A stretch of 64,000 nucleotides of DNA from a virus (lineage: Duplodnaviria; Caudoviricetes): the IMG/VR virus record IMGVR_UViG_3300028886_000003, positions 64,001 through 128,000 of that record. One strand, given 5' to 3'. The notes beneath the pieces were generated by a model, which did no database searches, was not told the DNA's origin, and worked only from the letters and a program-made list of their open reading frames with translations. This document shows, piece after piece, positions 49,155 through 59,037 of the stretch (position 1 is the stretch's first letter; each line of letters starts with the position of its first letter). A program made the position numbers and the translations under genes.

Positions 49155-49418
49155 TTATAGCCCTCTATTAATTTCTTTAAAAGTAATTTCATATTCATCA
49201 CAAGTATATTCATGTGAAAAAGTAATACCAAGAGGTAATACTTTATCAATTTCAGCAAGAATATATTCAATATGTTCTTCATCTGTATCTATCTGACAAA
49301 CAACATTGAAATTGTGATCATTAATAAATCTCCAATCAATTGCATTTTTCTCAACTATATTTTCAATTGCTCTTATTGTTTCTAATAACATATTATCTCC
49401 TCCTTTAAAATACAACAA
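49155..49418 (-). CDS. Hypothetical protein
   Basis: GGAGG RBS before MLLET. Confidence 0.5.
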   Translation of the reverse strand: MLYFKGGDNMLLETIRAIENIVEKNAIDWRFINDHNFNVVCQIDTDEEHIEYILAEIDKVLPLGITFSHEYTCDEYEITFKEINRGL

Positions 49419-49704
49419 TTTTCTTTATATCTTTTAATTCATATTCTATCTGTGGATATTCTCTTCTTATCAGAATTAACTTATCAAATTCTTCTATCAA
49501 TCTCTCACATAAATGCCCTATGTGATTATCATCGACAAATTCAATATATACACCCATATTAGGTTGCATAATTTCAAAACTGTCTTCACCACAGTCAGGT
49601 GTATATTTAACTTTCCTAATTGGAAATTTACTTTTCATTTGTACATTGTACTCTGGATCTTTGTTCAAAGTTGCTCTATTTTCATTAATTAAATCTAAAA
49701 TCAT
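49405..49704 (-). CDS. Hypothetical protein
   Basis: GAGGTGA RBS. Confidence 0.55.
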   Translation of the reverse strand: MILDLINENRATLNKDPEYNVQMKSKFPIRKVKYTPDCGEDSFEIMQPNMGVYIEFVDDNHIGHLCERLIEEFDKLILIRREYPQIEYELKDIKKIVVF

Positions 49705-49714
49705 TTAAATCACC

Positions 49715-49957
49715 TCATAATCCCATATTCATTTTAGCGGCAAATCTACCATTTCCATCAGTAATAATTTCAATATCACCAGGGCACATGCCACCCATAG
49801 CTTTAACCATTTTTAATGATTCAGCTAATTTATTCAAAAATTCTTCTTGTGTGGTGTTATCATCATAACAGAAAGCACCACCCATAACAACATCAATAGA
49901 TGCTGTTTTAATTACTACAATTTCTCTTCTTTCGATTTTAGTTATTAATTCATTCAT
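49715..49957 (-). CDS. Hypothetical protein
   Basis: GAGGTGA RBS. Confidence 0.55.
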   Translation of the reverse strand: MNELITKIERREIVVIKTASIDVVMGGAFCYDDNTTQEEFLNKLAESLKMVKAMGGMCPGDIEIITDGNGRFAAKMNMGL

Positions 49958-49992
49958 TTAAATCACCTCAAATATATATTTTTAAGAGGGGG

Positions 49993-50802
49993 TTAATAAA
50001 CCCTCTCATAATTATGACGACCTGTGATTAATTCAAGTTCATCAGGTCCAATACGCTCAACAAATACAAAATTACCTTCTAATACTTCAATTATTCTATA
50101 TGAAGTATATGGATTTAAGAAATAATCATAATCTCTCACCTCTTGGTTAGTCCAAATACTATTTGTAATTCCTAATCTTTTTAATTGATTAAGTTTTTTG
50201 TCTGATTGCATAAGAATACCATAACTGTATCCATTTTCATCAGATACAAGATGAACAGTTCCTTTGTCACCTGGTTCACGATGGGATTCTTTTACTCTTT
50301 CTCCATCTACAATTTTACCTCTCCATTTTCTTTCAAGATGGCATATTTCACCAACATGTGGTTTTACACCATCTTTATGTGCTAATTGATGTCTTAATCC
50401 ACCAATAATTAGATCAGCATTTTTTGCTTTATCTGATATAATGGATTTATTAGCACTTATAGTTAAATCTCTAATTTGTTCGTTTTTCATTTTTTCTATA
50501 CAGAATGAGTATTCATTCATATCAATCACCTCAGCATATATATATTTGTTATACTTTTTATGAAGAACAACTTTACATTGTTCAACATTTGATATTCTAC
50601 TAAGTAGTTCAGTATTATTGACTACTTTTTTGCCACCAGCTCTACTAACATAACCAATATGGTTATTATTTGAAAGAACCATAATTGCATTAGTGTCATA
50701 GCTGTTTGTAGGTTCTCTAACTAGTGAGAGAACACTATTTTCATCAACATTGTCAAATGCTTCTTTGTGGTGATTTCCACCACTTACTCTTATTCTTAAC
50801 AT
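49993..50802 (-). CDS. HIRAN-domain protein (probably tandem)
   Basis: LSLVREPTNSYDTNAIMV....HIGYV. Confidence 0.75.
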   Translation of the reverse strand: MLRIRVSGGNHHKEAFDNVDENSVLSLVREPTNSYDTNAIMVLSNNNHIGYVSRAGGKKVVNNTELLSRISNVEQCKVVLHKKYNKYIYAEVIDMNEYSFCIEKMKNEQIRDLTISANKSIISDKAKNADLIIGGLRHQLAHKDGVKPHVGEICHLERKWRGKIVDGERVKESHREPGDKGTVHLVSDENGYSYGILMQSDKKLNQLKRLGITNSIWTNQEVRDYDYFLNPYTSYRIIEVLEGNFVFVERIGPDELELITGRHNYERVY

Positions 50803-50835
50803 AATATCACCTCATAAAAATAATAAAAGAGAGAA

Positions 50836-51492
50836 TTACTCTCTTTTTAAAACAAATCTGTGAGTTGCCTCATCTACAATTTTCCTCCATTCTTTTCCAC
50901 TAATTTCGAACTTATAATCCCAAATAGTGGTATTATAACCATTTTCATCTTCTCTTTTATTGACAACTGCAGTAAGCAACTCTACATTACTTAAACATTC
51001 AATAACCTCATCGAAGTTATCATGGAAAAGAATATCATTGACAAAATCTTCATGAACATCAGGAGATAAAAACAAATCAATATTATCTAAAAGATATTGT
51101 CTAATATCTTGACTTGTCTTTTCTTCAAACCATATTTCAAGACCTTGATCGAAATTCCAATTTCTTGAAATATCTGATGTAAAATGTTGTCTAATGCTTT
51201 CTTCATCAATTTCTTTTAATTCTTTATATGTTGTATTGTTCATATTACCATCTCCTAAGAAAAATTTGTTCATTTCTGGCCACAAAGTATATAAATCATA
51301 CCAAGGGTCCATTGCTGCTTGCTTTTCATCATATAATTCATATTTCTTAGCAAGCTCTTCTAATTCTACATATTTTTCGTTGTAAACATCAATTACTTCT
51401 TGTGGTCCACAACTTAAATCTTCTTCATCACAAATTTGTATAAAACCTATTGTTTTGAAAAATTTAATTGCATCTTCTTTCATTTTAATCAC
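50836..51492 (-). CDS. Hypothetical acidic protein
   Basis: 218 aa; GAGGTGA RBS. Confidence 0.55.
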   Translation of the reverse strand: MIKMKEDAIKFFKTIGFIQICDEEDLSCGPQEVIDVYNEKYVELEELAKKYELYDEKQAAMDPWYDLYTLWPEMNKFFLGDGNMNNTTYKELKEIDEESIRQHFTSDISRNWNFDQGLEIWFEEKTSQDIRQYLLDNIDLFLSPDVHEDFVNDILFHDNFDEVIECLSNVELLTAVVNKREDENGYNTTIWDYKFEISGKEWRKIVDEATHRFVLKRE

Positions 51493-51651
51493 CTCAAATA
51501 TTGATGCAGAGGTTATTCTACCTCTACATCTTTACAGTCAACACACATTTCACCATATGAACCACAATTGTGGCTATCATGGTTTCTACATTCTTTTCCA
51601 TCGAAATGGATACACTTTTTGTATTCGTCTTCATATATCATTTAAAACACC

Positions 51652-51852
51652 TCATAATTCAATTATAATCATCTTTCTACCTACAATTTCTTTTTCTTCT
51701 GATGTAAGTTCATCAAATATCTCAGCCAAGTAATATTCAGTTACTTTTCTGATATATTTTATAGATTGTTCATCTACAATTACATCATTCAAAAATTCTT
51801 CATGATATCTTGTTGGTATTATTTCTAAATATTCTTCTATTTCTTTGCCCAT
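51652..51852 (-). CDS. Hypothetical protein
   Basis: GAGGTGA RBS. Confidence 0.55.
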   Translation of the reverse strand: MGKEIEEYLEIIPTRYHEEFLNDVIVDEQSIKYIRKVTEYYLAEIFDELTSEEKEIVGRKMIIIEL

Positions 51853-51877
51853 ATAATCACCTCAATTTGTTTAAAAA

Positions 51878-51910
51878 TAAGCAGTTGTTAAGGGAGGGTA
51901 CTCAGCTCCC
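51878..51910 (-). ncRNA. Small H-type pseudoknot motif, copy 1
   Basis: GGGAG-C-TGAGTA-CC-CTCCC-TTAACAAC-TGCTTA. Confidence 0.65.
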
Positions 51911-51924
51911 AAGATTTAACAGTT

Positions 51925-52125
51925 TTATTCCCAAAACATATTATCAAGAATGTCAGATTTGGGAAGTGCATCAATAGAACTTGCATACTGGCCAAATTTC
52001 ATACATTTTACCGCAGGAATAAATCTCCTACTTTCTGAAAGTCCATGTTGTTTTATTACAACAATGCTTTCATCTTCGATTAACATTTCACATTCCATAC
52101 AATTGTTACAACAGTTTCTTTTCAT
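51925..52125 (-). CDS. Cys-rich hypothetical protein
   Basis: GAGGTGA RBS. Confidence 0.5.
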   Translation of the reverse strand: MKRNCCNNCMECEMLIEDESIVVIKQHGLSESRRFIPAVKCMKFGQYASSIDALPKSDILDNMFWE

Positions 52126-52135
52126 TTAAATCACC

Positions 52136-52378
52136 TCATTCTTCTAAAATAATTTTTCTATTACTAAATACAATACTTTTAATATTATTAAAAGTAGTAT
52201 CTCTACATCTAACAACATCTTCAATACCATATTTTTGATAAGATACAGCATTGATGATGTGATGCATTGCTACTTGATCACATTCTTCATATAGCCAAAG
52301 CATTTGAGCTTTTTTAGCTAAAGAAAGAAGAGATAAAGGAGGCAATTCCTTTAAATCTTCAAAATTTATTTCAATCAT
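52136..52378 (-). CDS. Hypothetical protein
   Basis: GAGGTGA RBS. Confidence 0.55.
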   Translation of the reverse strand: MIEINFEDLKELPPLSLLSLAKKAQMLWLYEECDQVAMHHIINAVSYQKYGIEDVVRCRDTTFNNIKSIVFSNRKIILEE

Positions 52379-52387
52379 ATTATCACC

Positions 52388-52696
52388 TCAGTATTTGTAA
52401 TCCCAAGTGTAGGAATCTATGTAGACATCCAATTCCTCTTGAATATCCCATATTTTTTGTTGAACTAGCTCATTAATCTTACGATCAATTTCTTCTAGTT
52501 CTTTAATGCCACATTCTCTTAATTGTCTTTGAAGAGTATTAACCCTCATATCAGGGTCAAGTTCTACACTATCCATAAAATCTTGCAATGACTCTCCCTC
52601 AAAGGCTAAACCTCCAACTAAAGGGTCATCATCATCTTCTAACAATATTTCTTTTCTTTGTGCTATTGTTGGGTAAATATCTTCTATTTTTACCAT
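52388..52696 (-). CDS. Hypothetical acidic protein
   Basis: GAGGTGA RBS. Confidence 0.55.
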   Translation of the reverse strand: MVKIEDIYPTIAQRKEILLEDDDDPLVGGLAFEGESLQDFMDSVELDPDMRVNTLQRQLRECGIKELEEIDRKINELVQQKIWDIQEELDVYIDSYTWDYKY

Positions 52697-52724
52697 TTAA
52701 ATCACCTCTATTAAGAAGAAGAGT

Positions 52725-53084
52725 TTATAAATACTCTTCTTCAATTATATTCCAAATTTTATATGCTCTATCAGGTATAGGCCCAGTTACATGTCCTAAT
52801 CTATCACATATGGTTTCCATACATAAATGATAGAAATCTTCATCATTGGCATTTTCAAAATCCTGATAAACTTCCTCAGCAATTATGCCATTTTCATTGA
52901 ATTCACTTGTATTAATAATTACTGCGATCTCTTCTTCGTTGGTATTAAATACAGTATCAAAACCAATTTCTTCAGCTTTGCAACGGTGAGTTTCTTTTAC
53001 AAAAACTTCACCATTTTCATTGTTTTCATACACATTTACTGCTCCAAGAACAGTACCTTTTTCATTTACTATTTTTAAAATCAT
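52725..53084 (-). CDS. Hypothetical acidic protein (start corrected to 53084)
   Basis: GAGGTAG RBS before MILKIVNE. Confidence 0.55.
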   Translation of the reverse strand: MILKIVNEKGTVLGAVNVYENNENGEVFVKETHRCKAEEIGFDTVFNTNEEEIAVIINTSEFNENGIIAEEVYQDFENANDEDFYHLCMETICDRLGHVTGPIPDRAYKIWNIIEEEYL

Positions 53085-53105
53085 ATTATCTACCTCATTA
53101 AATAT

Positions 53106-53133
53106 TGAATAGTTTAAGGACATATTCAGGTCC
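53106..53133 (-). ncRNA. Small H-type pseudoknot motif, copy 2
   Basis: GGAC-C-TGAATA-T-GTCC-TTAAAC-TATTCA. Confidence 0.7.
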
Positions 53134-53353
53134 AAAGGAGTTTATCTCCAAAATATATCATCTCTCCAATCATCGTCATTATATTTATTAAGACAATGAT
53201 TTCTCCTATATTTTCTTTGTTCTTCACTTATGGGATCACACCATAAGGATTCCAATAATGATGTAATGCTTTTAATCATTATCATCATCCTCACATTGTT
53301 TACAATATTCGCAATCACAGAGGCAACTTTCTGCCTCTGCTATAATCCAAGTT

Positions 53354-53746
53354 TTATTCATTTTCATCACCTCTTAATTCTTCTATTTCTATACCTTCAT
53401 TTTTAAAAATTTCGATATAAACTTCTTTTTTTTCTTTACTATGTGGTTCACAATTATTTAATATAATTGGCATTACTGGATCAATAACATCTTTCCACAT
53501 TTTTCTACAATGAAAACGTAGCATTCTTTCTTGTATTTTTTGAATATCATCAACATATCTTATAATATCGTAAATTTCTCTTAGTACTAATATTTCTGCT
53601 ACTGTTTCTGCTTCACATTCCCAGAACCAATTATATAATATTTCAATTATATCAAAACCATCTATGGAATCCATATCTAAATCATACATACTAAAATGGT
53701 CTTTTATACTTCTTATAACTGGGTGGTAACCATATTTAAATCTCAT
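53354..53746 (-). CDS. Hypothetical protein
   Basis: GGAGG RBS. Confidence 0.55.
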   Translation of the reverse strand: MRFKYGYHPVIRSIKDHFSMYDLDMDSIDGFDIIEILYNWFWECEAETVAEILVLREIYDIIRYVDDIQKIQERMLRFHCRKMWKDVIDPVMPIILNNCEPHSKEKKEVYIEIFKNEGIEIEELRGDENE

Positions 53747-54097
53747 ATTCTATTCCTCCAATATTTAGAAGTGGAATTATATTTCCACTCCATCTACATC
53801 TTTATTATATTTACATATAACAAAGTTTTGAAAATCAACAGCACAAGTACATTTGTGGCATAAATTATGCCTAATTTCTTCGTTTGCATTATGGCAAACA
53901 TTATAATAATTTTTTTTCATAATATCATCTCATAATAGTTGGGATTATAAAATAACCCCAACTTTTTCAAGATCTTTAACACCTTTTTTATTAAAATCTT
54001 TTTGTTCGACAGTCTGAGTACCTTTTTTGTTAGCAGCATTTAAATGTGCTAACATGTTTCTACTAAATTTTTTCATTTGAAACACCTCTATTTAATT

Positions 54098-54125
54098 TAA
54101 GCAGTTTAATGACATACTTAGGTCA
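54098..54125 (-). ncRNA. Small H-type pseudoknot motif, copy 3
   Basis: TGAC-C-TAAGTA-T-GTCA-TTAAAC-TGCTTA. Confidence 0.7.
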
Positions 54126-54134
54126 TAAAATCAA

Positions 54135-54305
54135 CTATTCACATACTCTGATTTGGGTATAAATCCCATCAGAGTAGTTCTCAACCCCATTATATATTGG
54201 GGTCCACCCATCCCTCACAAGGGCATCCAAATCGCCCTGTGAGTAATCATGAACTCCACTACCAATGATTTTATCATTGATAATGGCAATTTGCCTACAA
54301 TTCAT
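54135..54305 (-). CDS. 56-aa microprotein whose coding sequence folds almost entirely into hairpins
   Basis: GGAGG RBS; MNCRQIAIINDKIIGSGVHDYSQGDLDALVRDGWTPIYNGVENYSDGIYTQIRVCE*. Confidence 0.5.
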   Translation of the reverse strand: MNCRQIAIINDKIIGSGVHDYSQGDLDALVRDGWTPIYNGVENYSDGIYTQIRVCE

Positions 54306-54464
54306 ACTTTTGCCTCCTTGTTAATTCTGTATTCTTCTTTATTGAATACAGAAAAGTTTCTGCAAGCTTCTTCTAATACATCAACAGATGTATTATGTTT
54401 AACACATCTTCCACAGTAAAAATGACTGCATTTACCATGGATATAGTCATTTCTTCTCATATAA

Positions 54465-54683
54465 TCACCATCCATCAAGAGTATTTTTGTTTTCTTTTTT
54501 TGTTAATATTGCTCTTAATTTGTAAAAAGACTGTGGTAGGAAGAACCTACCATATACATAGATTGATACATTAGAATCAGAGTATTCATACTCTTCTTCT
54601 ATTGCATCTAGCCTAGAGCAGAGTTTTTTTGCCTCTACCCTAGCTTGTGCATTTTTTTTGAGTATCTTATTTTCTCTATTCAT
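54465..54683 (-). CDS. Hypothetical protein
   Basis: AGGTGA RBS. Confidence 0.5.
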   Translation of the reverse strand: MNRENKILKKNAQARVEAKKLCSRLDAIEEEYEYSDSNVSIYVYGRFFLPQSFYKLRAILTKKENKNTLDGW

Positions 54684-54803
54684 TATATCACCTTTTTATT
54701 CTTCGTGATATAGAGTCAATGGCTCTATATCATCGTCAATTTCGACAAAGAGCATAAAATGCCCTTTGCCGTTACAAATGAGAATATCTTCTTTGTTTAA
54801 CAT

Positions 54804-56123
54804 TTATATCACCTCCTTATTCATTTTGCATTCTCTTTCTTCTTCCTCTTTGAGGAATTTCTTAGAGGCTTTTAATGAAGCCTCTGTGAAGAACTCCTCC
54901 ATATCTACTTCTTCTATGATGTGCTCATAGTAGAAGTAGGCATTGATACTAATCCATGCTCTCATATGGTCAAACTCTGCACCTGAAATTTGACCATTTA
55001 AGTATCTTTTGGCAATAGTATCATCTATTGCTCTTAGTGTGAGCAATATATTACCAACTGGGTGTATTTCGAGGTACTTGGTGGTATATGCCATTACCTC
55101 TACTGGATATTCTTTTTTTGCCCGATTGAATGCTCCAAGAAGTCCATCTTGTTGCATTTCCACCACCATAATTGGTGTTTTTCTATCCATTACACTTTGT
55201 GTAATGGTTTCTTTTGTAATTTTTTCTAATTTTTCTTCCATACTTTCACTTTTTTCTTCAACAATTTCTTTTTGTGGCAATCTAACTGTTGCCACTTTTC
55301 TAAATCCACCATATGCATCACACATATGGTCTAAGAAGTGAATTTTTACAGATAAGTCTGCATTTACTTCAATATCTGTTATTTCACCTCCACTTTTTAT
55401 AATGCTCTTACATTTTTGTTCTACTAAGTCTTTAAGTTCTTTGTTCATTATTTCATCTCCATTTTCTTCTTTTAAATCTTCTTCTTCTAAGTCTTTGAGG
55501 AAGATATATTTATCTTCCTCAATGTAGCTCACTACAAATACATTCTCTAATGTATTGAAATCGGCTCTACCAAACCGATTTAATACAATTGGAGCACCAA
55601 TTGACTCCAATTCTTTTATTTTTTTGTCAGATTGAGGGAGTACACCTAATGCCCCTTCTTCATTAAAAAGAGTAGTTGTACCATTAATAACTTTAAATCT
55701 TACAATATCACCAACATTAGCATTAGTGGAATGATATTTAGTGCCTACAACTGTGTATGTACTCTCTACTGCCTCTGTTGGAAGAACAGAGGTTTTTTCT
55801 TCAAGTTCTACTGTGAGGATTACAAAATTCCTCACAATATCTTTAACAATTGCTTTAACAATGGTAAAACCATCATTAATTAATTGTTTAAGCTCTGAGG
55901 ACAAAATAGTATCCTCAGAACATATTTTTCGTGGAATGTAGTGTGGATTTTCTGCCACACTACCTAATTTGACACCATTGGTATCTAACACTGAAAATGC
56001 ATTCTGAGAGTATGTATTTTCAGAATCGAATTCAACTACTACTTCCATATTAATATCAAAGGCACTAATGCCTTGATAGTATTTTACACCAGTTGTAATA
56101 ACTTCTTTTATCATTTGCATCAC
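54804..56123 (-). CDS. Tandem HIRAN-like domain protein
   Basis: TGVKYY...EFDSENTYSQNAFSV....KLGSV; second unit VVGTKYH...GVLPQSDKK. Confidence 0.6.
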   Translation of the reverse strand: MMQMIKEVITTGVKYYQGISAFDINMEVVVEFDSENTYSQNAFSVLDTNGVKLGSVAENPHYIPRKICSEDTILSSELKQLINDGFTIVKAIVKDIVRNFVILTVELEEKTSVLPTEAVESTYTVVGTKYHSTNANVGDIVRFKVINGTTTLFNEEGALGVLPQSDKKIKELESIGAPIVLNRFGRADFNTLENVFVVSYIEEDKYIFLKDLEEEDLKEENGDEIMNKELKDLVEQKCKSIIKSGGEITDIEVNADLSVKIHFLDHMCDAYGGFRKVATVRLPQKEIVEEKSESMEEKLEKITKETITQSVMDRKTPIMVVEMQQDGLLGAFNRAKKEYPVEVMAYTTKYLEIHPVGNILLTLRAIDDTIAKRYLNGQISGAEFDHMRAWISINAYFYYEHIIEEVDMEEFFTEASLKASKKFLKEEEERECKMNKEVI

Positions 56124-56130
56124 TTAAAAT

Positions 56131-56308
56131 TGTTTGTTTGAGCGATATTGGACGGACTACTTGTAGTTGCTGAGGCTACAAGGTTTCCGTTCTGTATTGA
56201 CACTGTGGACAGATTATTGGGTGCTTCAAGTCCAATAAAGACTCCACAGTGCCCAGAACTGAGAGAAAAGCACTCACAGTACAATTCGCCTCAGCAGCGA
56301 AGCAGGCT
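56131..56308 (+). ncRNA. About 180-nt multi-stem, double-pseudoknot structured element
   Basis: Six or more nested helices plus loop-tail pairings TGCTGAGG/CCTCAGCA and GTGCTT/AAGCAC; GC-rich relative to the genome. Confidence 0.65.
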
Positions 56309-56397
56309 TATTTTTTAAAATTGGTTGAAAAAATCGAGTGTCCTACTGTACTGTCCTACAATCTTGTTTAACAATATTAGAACCCAAACAATCAACC

Positions 56398-56733
56398 ATG
56401 ACAGGACAAGACATAATAGAAGGAATCATAACAAAAGCAGATTTCGGCTATGGAATGAAATACAAAGACGAAGAAAACTTATATCTAAAACTAGACATAC
56501 AACAATTCGATGGATACGAATGCGTACAATTATTGAGCGAAGAAAAAATAGGTAAACTACTATTGCAATTCAGAGGAGATTATCATGGAGAATGCTCAAT
56601 ATCAACATTAGTACACAGAAGAGTATACCTACTTAATGCAGAACAAACAAATGGTGTCCCTGACGCAATAGCAAAACTACCACCATCCGAATACGTTCAA
56701 TACGACTGGATATATAACGATAACTGGAATTAA
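56398..56733 (+). CDS. Hypothetical protein (probable start MTGQD), paralogous to 25360..25713
   Basis: G.IT...LY...I...DG pattern shared with MEKKWTAGKITYISK..GLYFYDICILDMDG. Confidence 0.5.
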   Translation: MTGQDIIEGIITKADFGYGMKYKDEENLYLKLDIQQFDGYECVQLLSEEKIGKLLLQFRGDYHGECSISTLVHRRVYLLNAEQTNGVPDAIAKLPPSEYVQYDWIYNDNWN

Positions 56734-56987
56734 TATTTTTTTTCATATAATAGCGTCTCACATATTTATATACCAGAACAAACAAAAATAAACACACAAA
56801 AATAAGGAGCATAAAAAATGGATGATAAAAGATATATGCAATTATTTTACATTATATTTACATTATTCACAATAGGCATTTGCCTACTTATCTTAAACAA
56901 CGAAATTGGCGGATACCTATCAATAACAATGTTTTTTGCTTTTATACTAGTTGCAACTCATAAAGCTATGTTCGGAGAGTTTTAAAA

Positions 56988-57236
56988 ATGAAAAGATACA
57001 CAACAATACCAAATACAAACATCATACTTGACAATTTAACAGGCGAAAAAATATCATTCAAAAAAAACACAATAATCAAAATACTCAATCAACTAAACGA
57101 TAAAAATGATGAATTAGCCACAGAACTGTATGATAACAAAATGGAAGAAACAGAAATACGCAGAATATTAAAAAAATACAATATCCATAATAGCAAAAAA
57201 CTAGATCAATGCTTATTGAATCAAAGAACATGGTAA
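56988..57236 (+). CDS. 'KRY/KRF' paralog-family protein
   Basis: MKRY...ILNQLNDKNDEL. Confidence 0.55.
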   Translation: MKRYTTIPNTNIILDNLTGEKISFKKNTIIKILNQLNDKNDELATELYDNKMEETEIRRILKKYNIHNSKKLDQCLLNQRTW

Positions 57237-57270
57237 AGTATATATATGATGACAAACATAAGAAAATACA

Positions 57271-57633
57271 ATGAAATGTAATATTTGTAAAAATTATGAC
57301 GGAGAAAATTGTATACATTGTTCCTTTGAATACGATGAAAATGCATCATTCGCCAAAGATGACTGGGACATTCTCAATCTAAAAGAAGAAGATGGATGGG
57401 AACATATACAAATACTTGACAGACTGCATTACAAAAATATTGAATGCATAATGGCAGACATATGGTATGACAACAATTTAGCATACTTAATAGGATGTAA
57501 AGCACATCCTGAAAAAATAGCTAGAGCATTAAATATTCATTCCGATGTAATATATAACGATATAGAACATGGATTATTCATAATTAACTTATTTCAAGAA
57601 AAATACATTAGAGGATTACTAAATGATAATTAA
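57271..57633 (+). CDS. Hypothetical protein with N-terminal Cys cluster
   Basis: CNIC...CIHC. Confidence 0.55.
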   Translation: MKCNICKNYDGENCIHCSFEYDENASFAKDDWDILNLKEEDGWEHIQILDRLHYKNIECIMADIWYDNNLAYLIGCKAHPEKIARALNIHSDVIYNDIEHGLFIINLFQEKYIRGLLNDN

Positions 57634-57828
57634 CATAATATGCCTAATAATAGGCTTCGCAACCGGAGCAGTATGCGCATACTACTACGATTACTATCGA
57701 AACATAAAAGAATTTAACAAAAGACAAGAAATGTATAAAAAAAGAATATAAAATGCGATGACATGCAATTCTTCTCAGAGAACAAAATAATAATTAAACA
57801 TGTAAAAAATCAGAATCAATTAAATAGG

Positions 57829-59037
57829 TTATGCATTAGAATTGCATCGAGCATTAATTTCATTCTTACACAACTCTCCTAACTCAAACCAATCCTCCAA
57901 CTCCTCATTACTATACAACACACGTCCTTCAGGTTCAATATCAACTTTCTCACCCAACAAATTAACACTAATAATCTTATTTTTATCAAAATCAATCTTA
58001 GGACTTTTTAAACATCTTGCTTTATCAGGACGTTGAATACGATAACCAGACCCTGCAAAACCACCTTTAAAACAATTAACCACCAACAAACCATTAACCC
58101 CAAACCTTCTCCAATCAGCACGCAAAATACCTTCACTTAATCCACGCACAAGAACATCACCACCAAAAAAGCCAACTGCCTCAACAATTTCCCCCCAATT
58201 CCAACAAACACGCCAAGCAGCCTTACTATGCTTGCTATGATACAATAAACCTAACCTATTAAATAAAGGATCATTACCACAATTATAAGTACCACTCCTA
58301 ACACAATCAATAGCATTGCCATCTTCATCAATTAAAAAAATACCTTCATCATTATCCTCCCAAGTCCAATACCTATTAAACTTAGTAACAACTACAGGAA
58401 AAAAAACACCTGATACAAAATCAGAAACAGGCGGCATATAAATAATAGGCAAATCAGGAATCAACTTAATATTCGTTACTTGCTTTTGATGATACAAAGT
58501 ATAAATCTGACACAAAATACCAAAAATAGCATCATCACCCTGCATTCTATAAGTTAACAAAGCACTATTAAAATCAAAATCCAAATCAGGAACCTTCATT
58601 AACGCCTCAAGATACTCTTCAAAATCAACATTACTCTCCCACAATTCCTTCAAAGGTTCTTTAGCCCAAATAGGAAACTCCAAATTTTCAACACACTTTC
58701 TAATTTTTGTCTGATACTTATCAATATCCATCTCAACATACTTAATCTTATGCGAAATATCTTTATAACAAAAAATCAACAAACCAAGAAAAAAAGAAAC
58801 ATGTTTCGAAAAATCATGATTAATACCAGCCTTAATCGATTGAAAAAGTAATCTTGCAGCAGATGCATCAATAGTAACATTAATAATGTGTCCAGCCATA
58901 TTACTATTACCTCGCCTTTTCTTCATTTTATAAACATTACCATAACCTCCGCCAAGATCATATGTCCTAAAATCACGCTTTAAAAAAGGTTTCTCAACAA
59001 TATCAGCAAAATGATAAGGATTTATATATCTTGGCAT
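57829..59037 (-). CDS. Hypothetical protein
   Basis: 402-aa ORF; no motif recognised. Confidence 0.65.
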   Translation of the reverse strand: MPRYINPYHFADIVEKPFLKRDFRTYDLGGGYGNVYKMKKRRGNSNMAGHIINVTIDASAARLLFQSIKAGINHDFSKHVSFFLGLLIFCYKDISHKIKYVEMDIDKYQTKIRKCVENLEFPIWAKEPLKELWESNVDFEEYLEALMKVPDLDFDFNSALLTYRMQGDDAIFGILCQIYTLYHQKQVTNIKLIPDLPIIYMPPVSDFVSGVFFPVVVTKFNRYWTWEDNDEGIFLIDEDGNAIDCVRSGTYNCGNDPLFNRLGLLYHSKHSKAAWRVCWNWGEIVEAVGFFGGDVLVRGLSEGILRADWRRFGVNGLLVVNCFKGGFAGSGYRIQRPDKARCLKSPKIDFDKNKIISVNLLGEKVDIEPEGRVLYSNEELEDWFELGELCKNEINARCNSNA

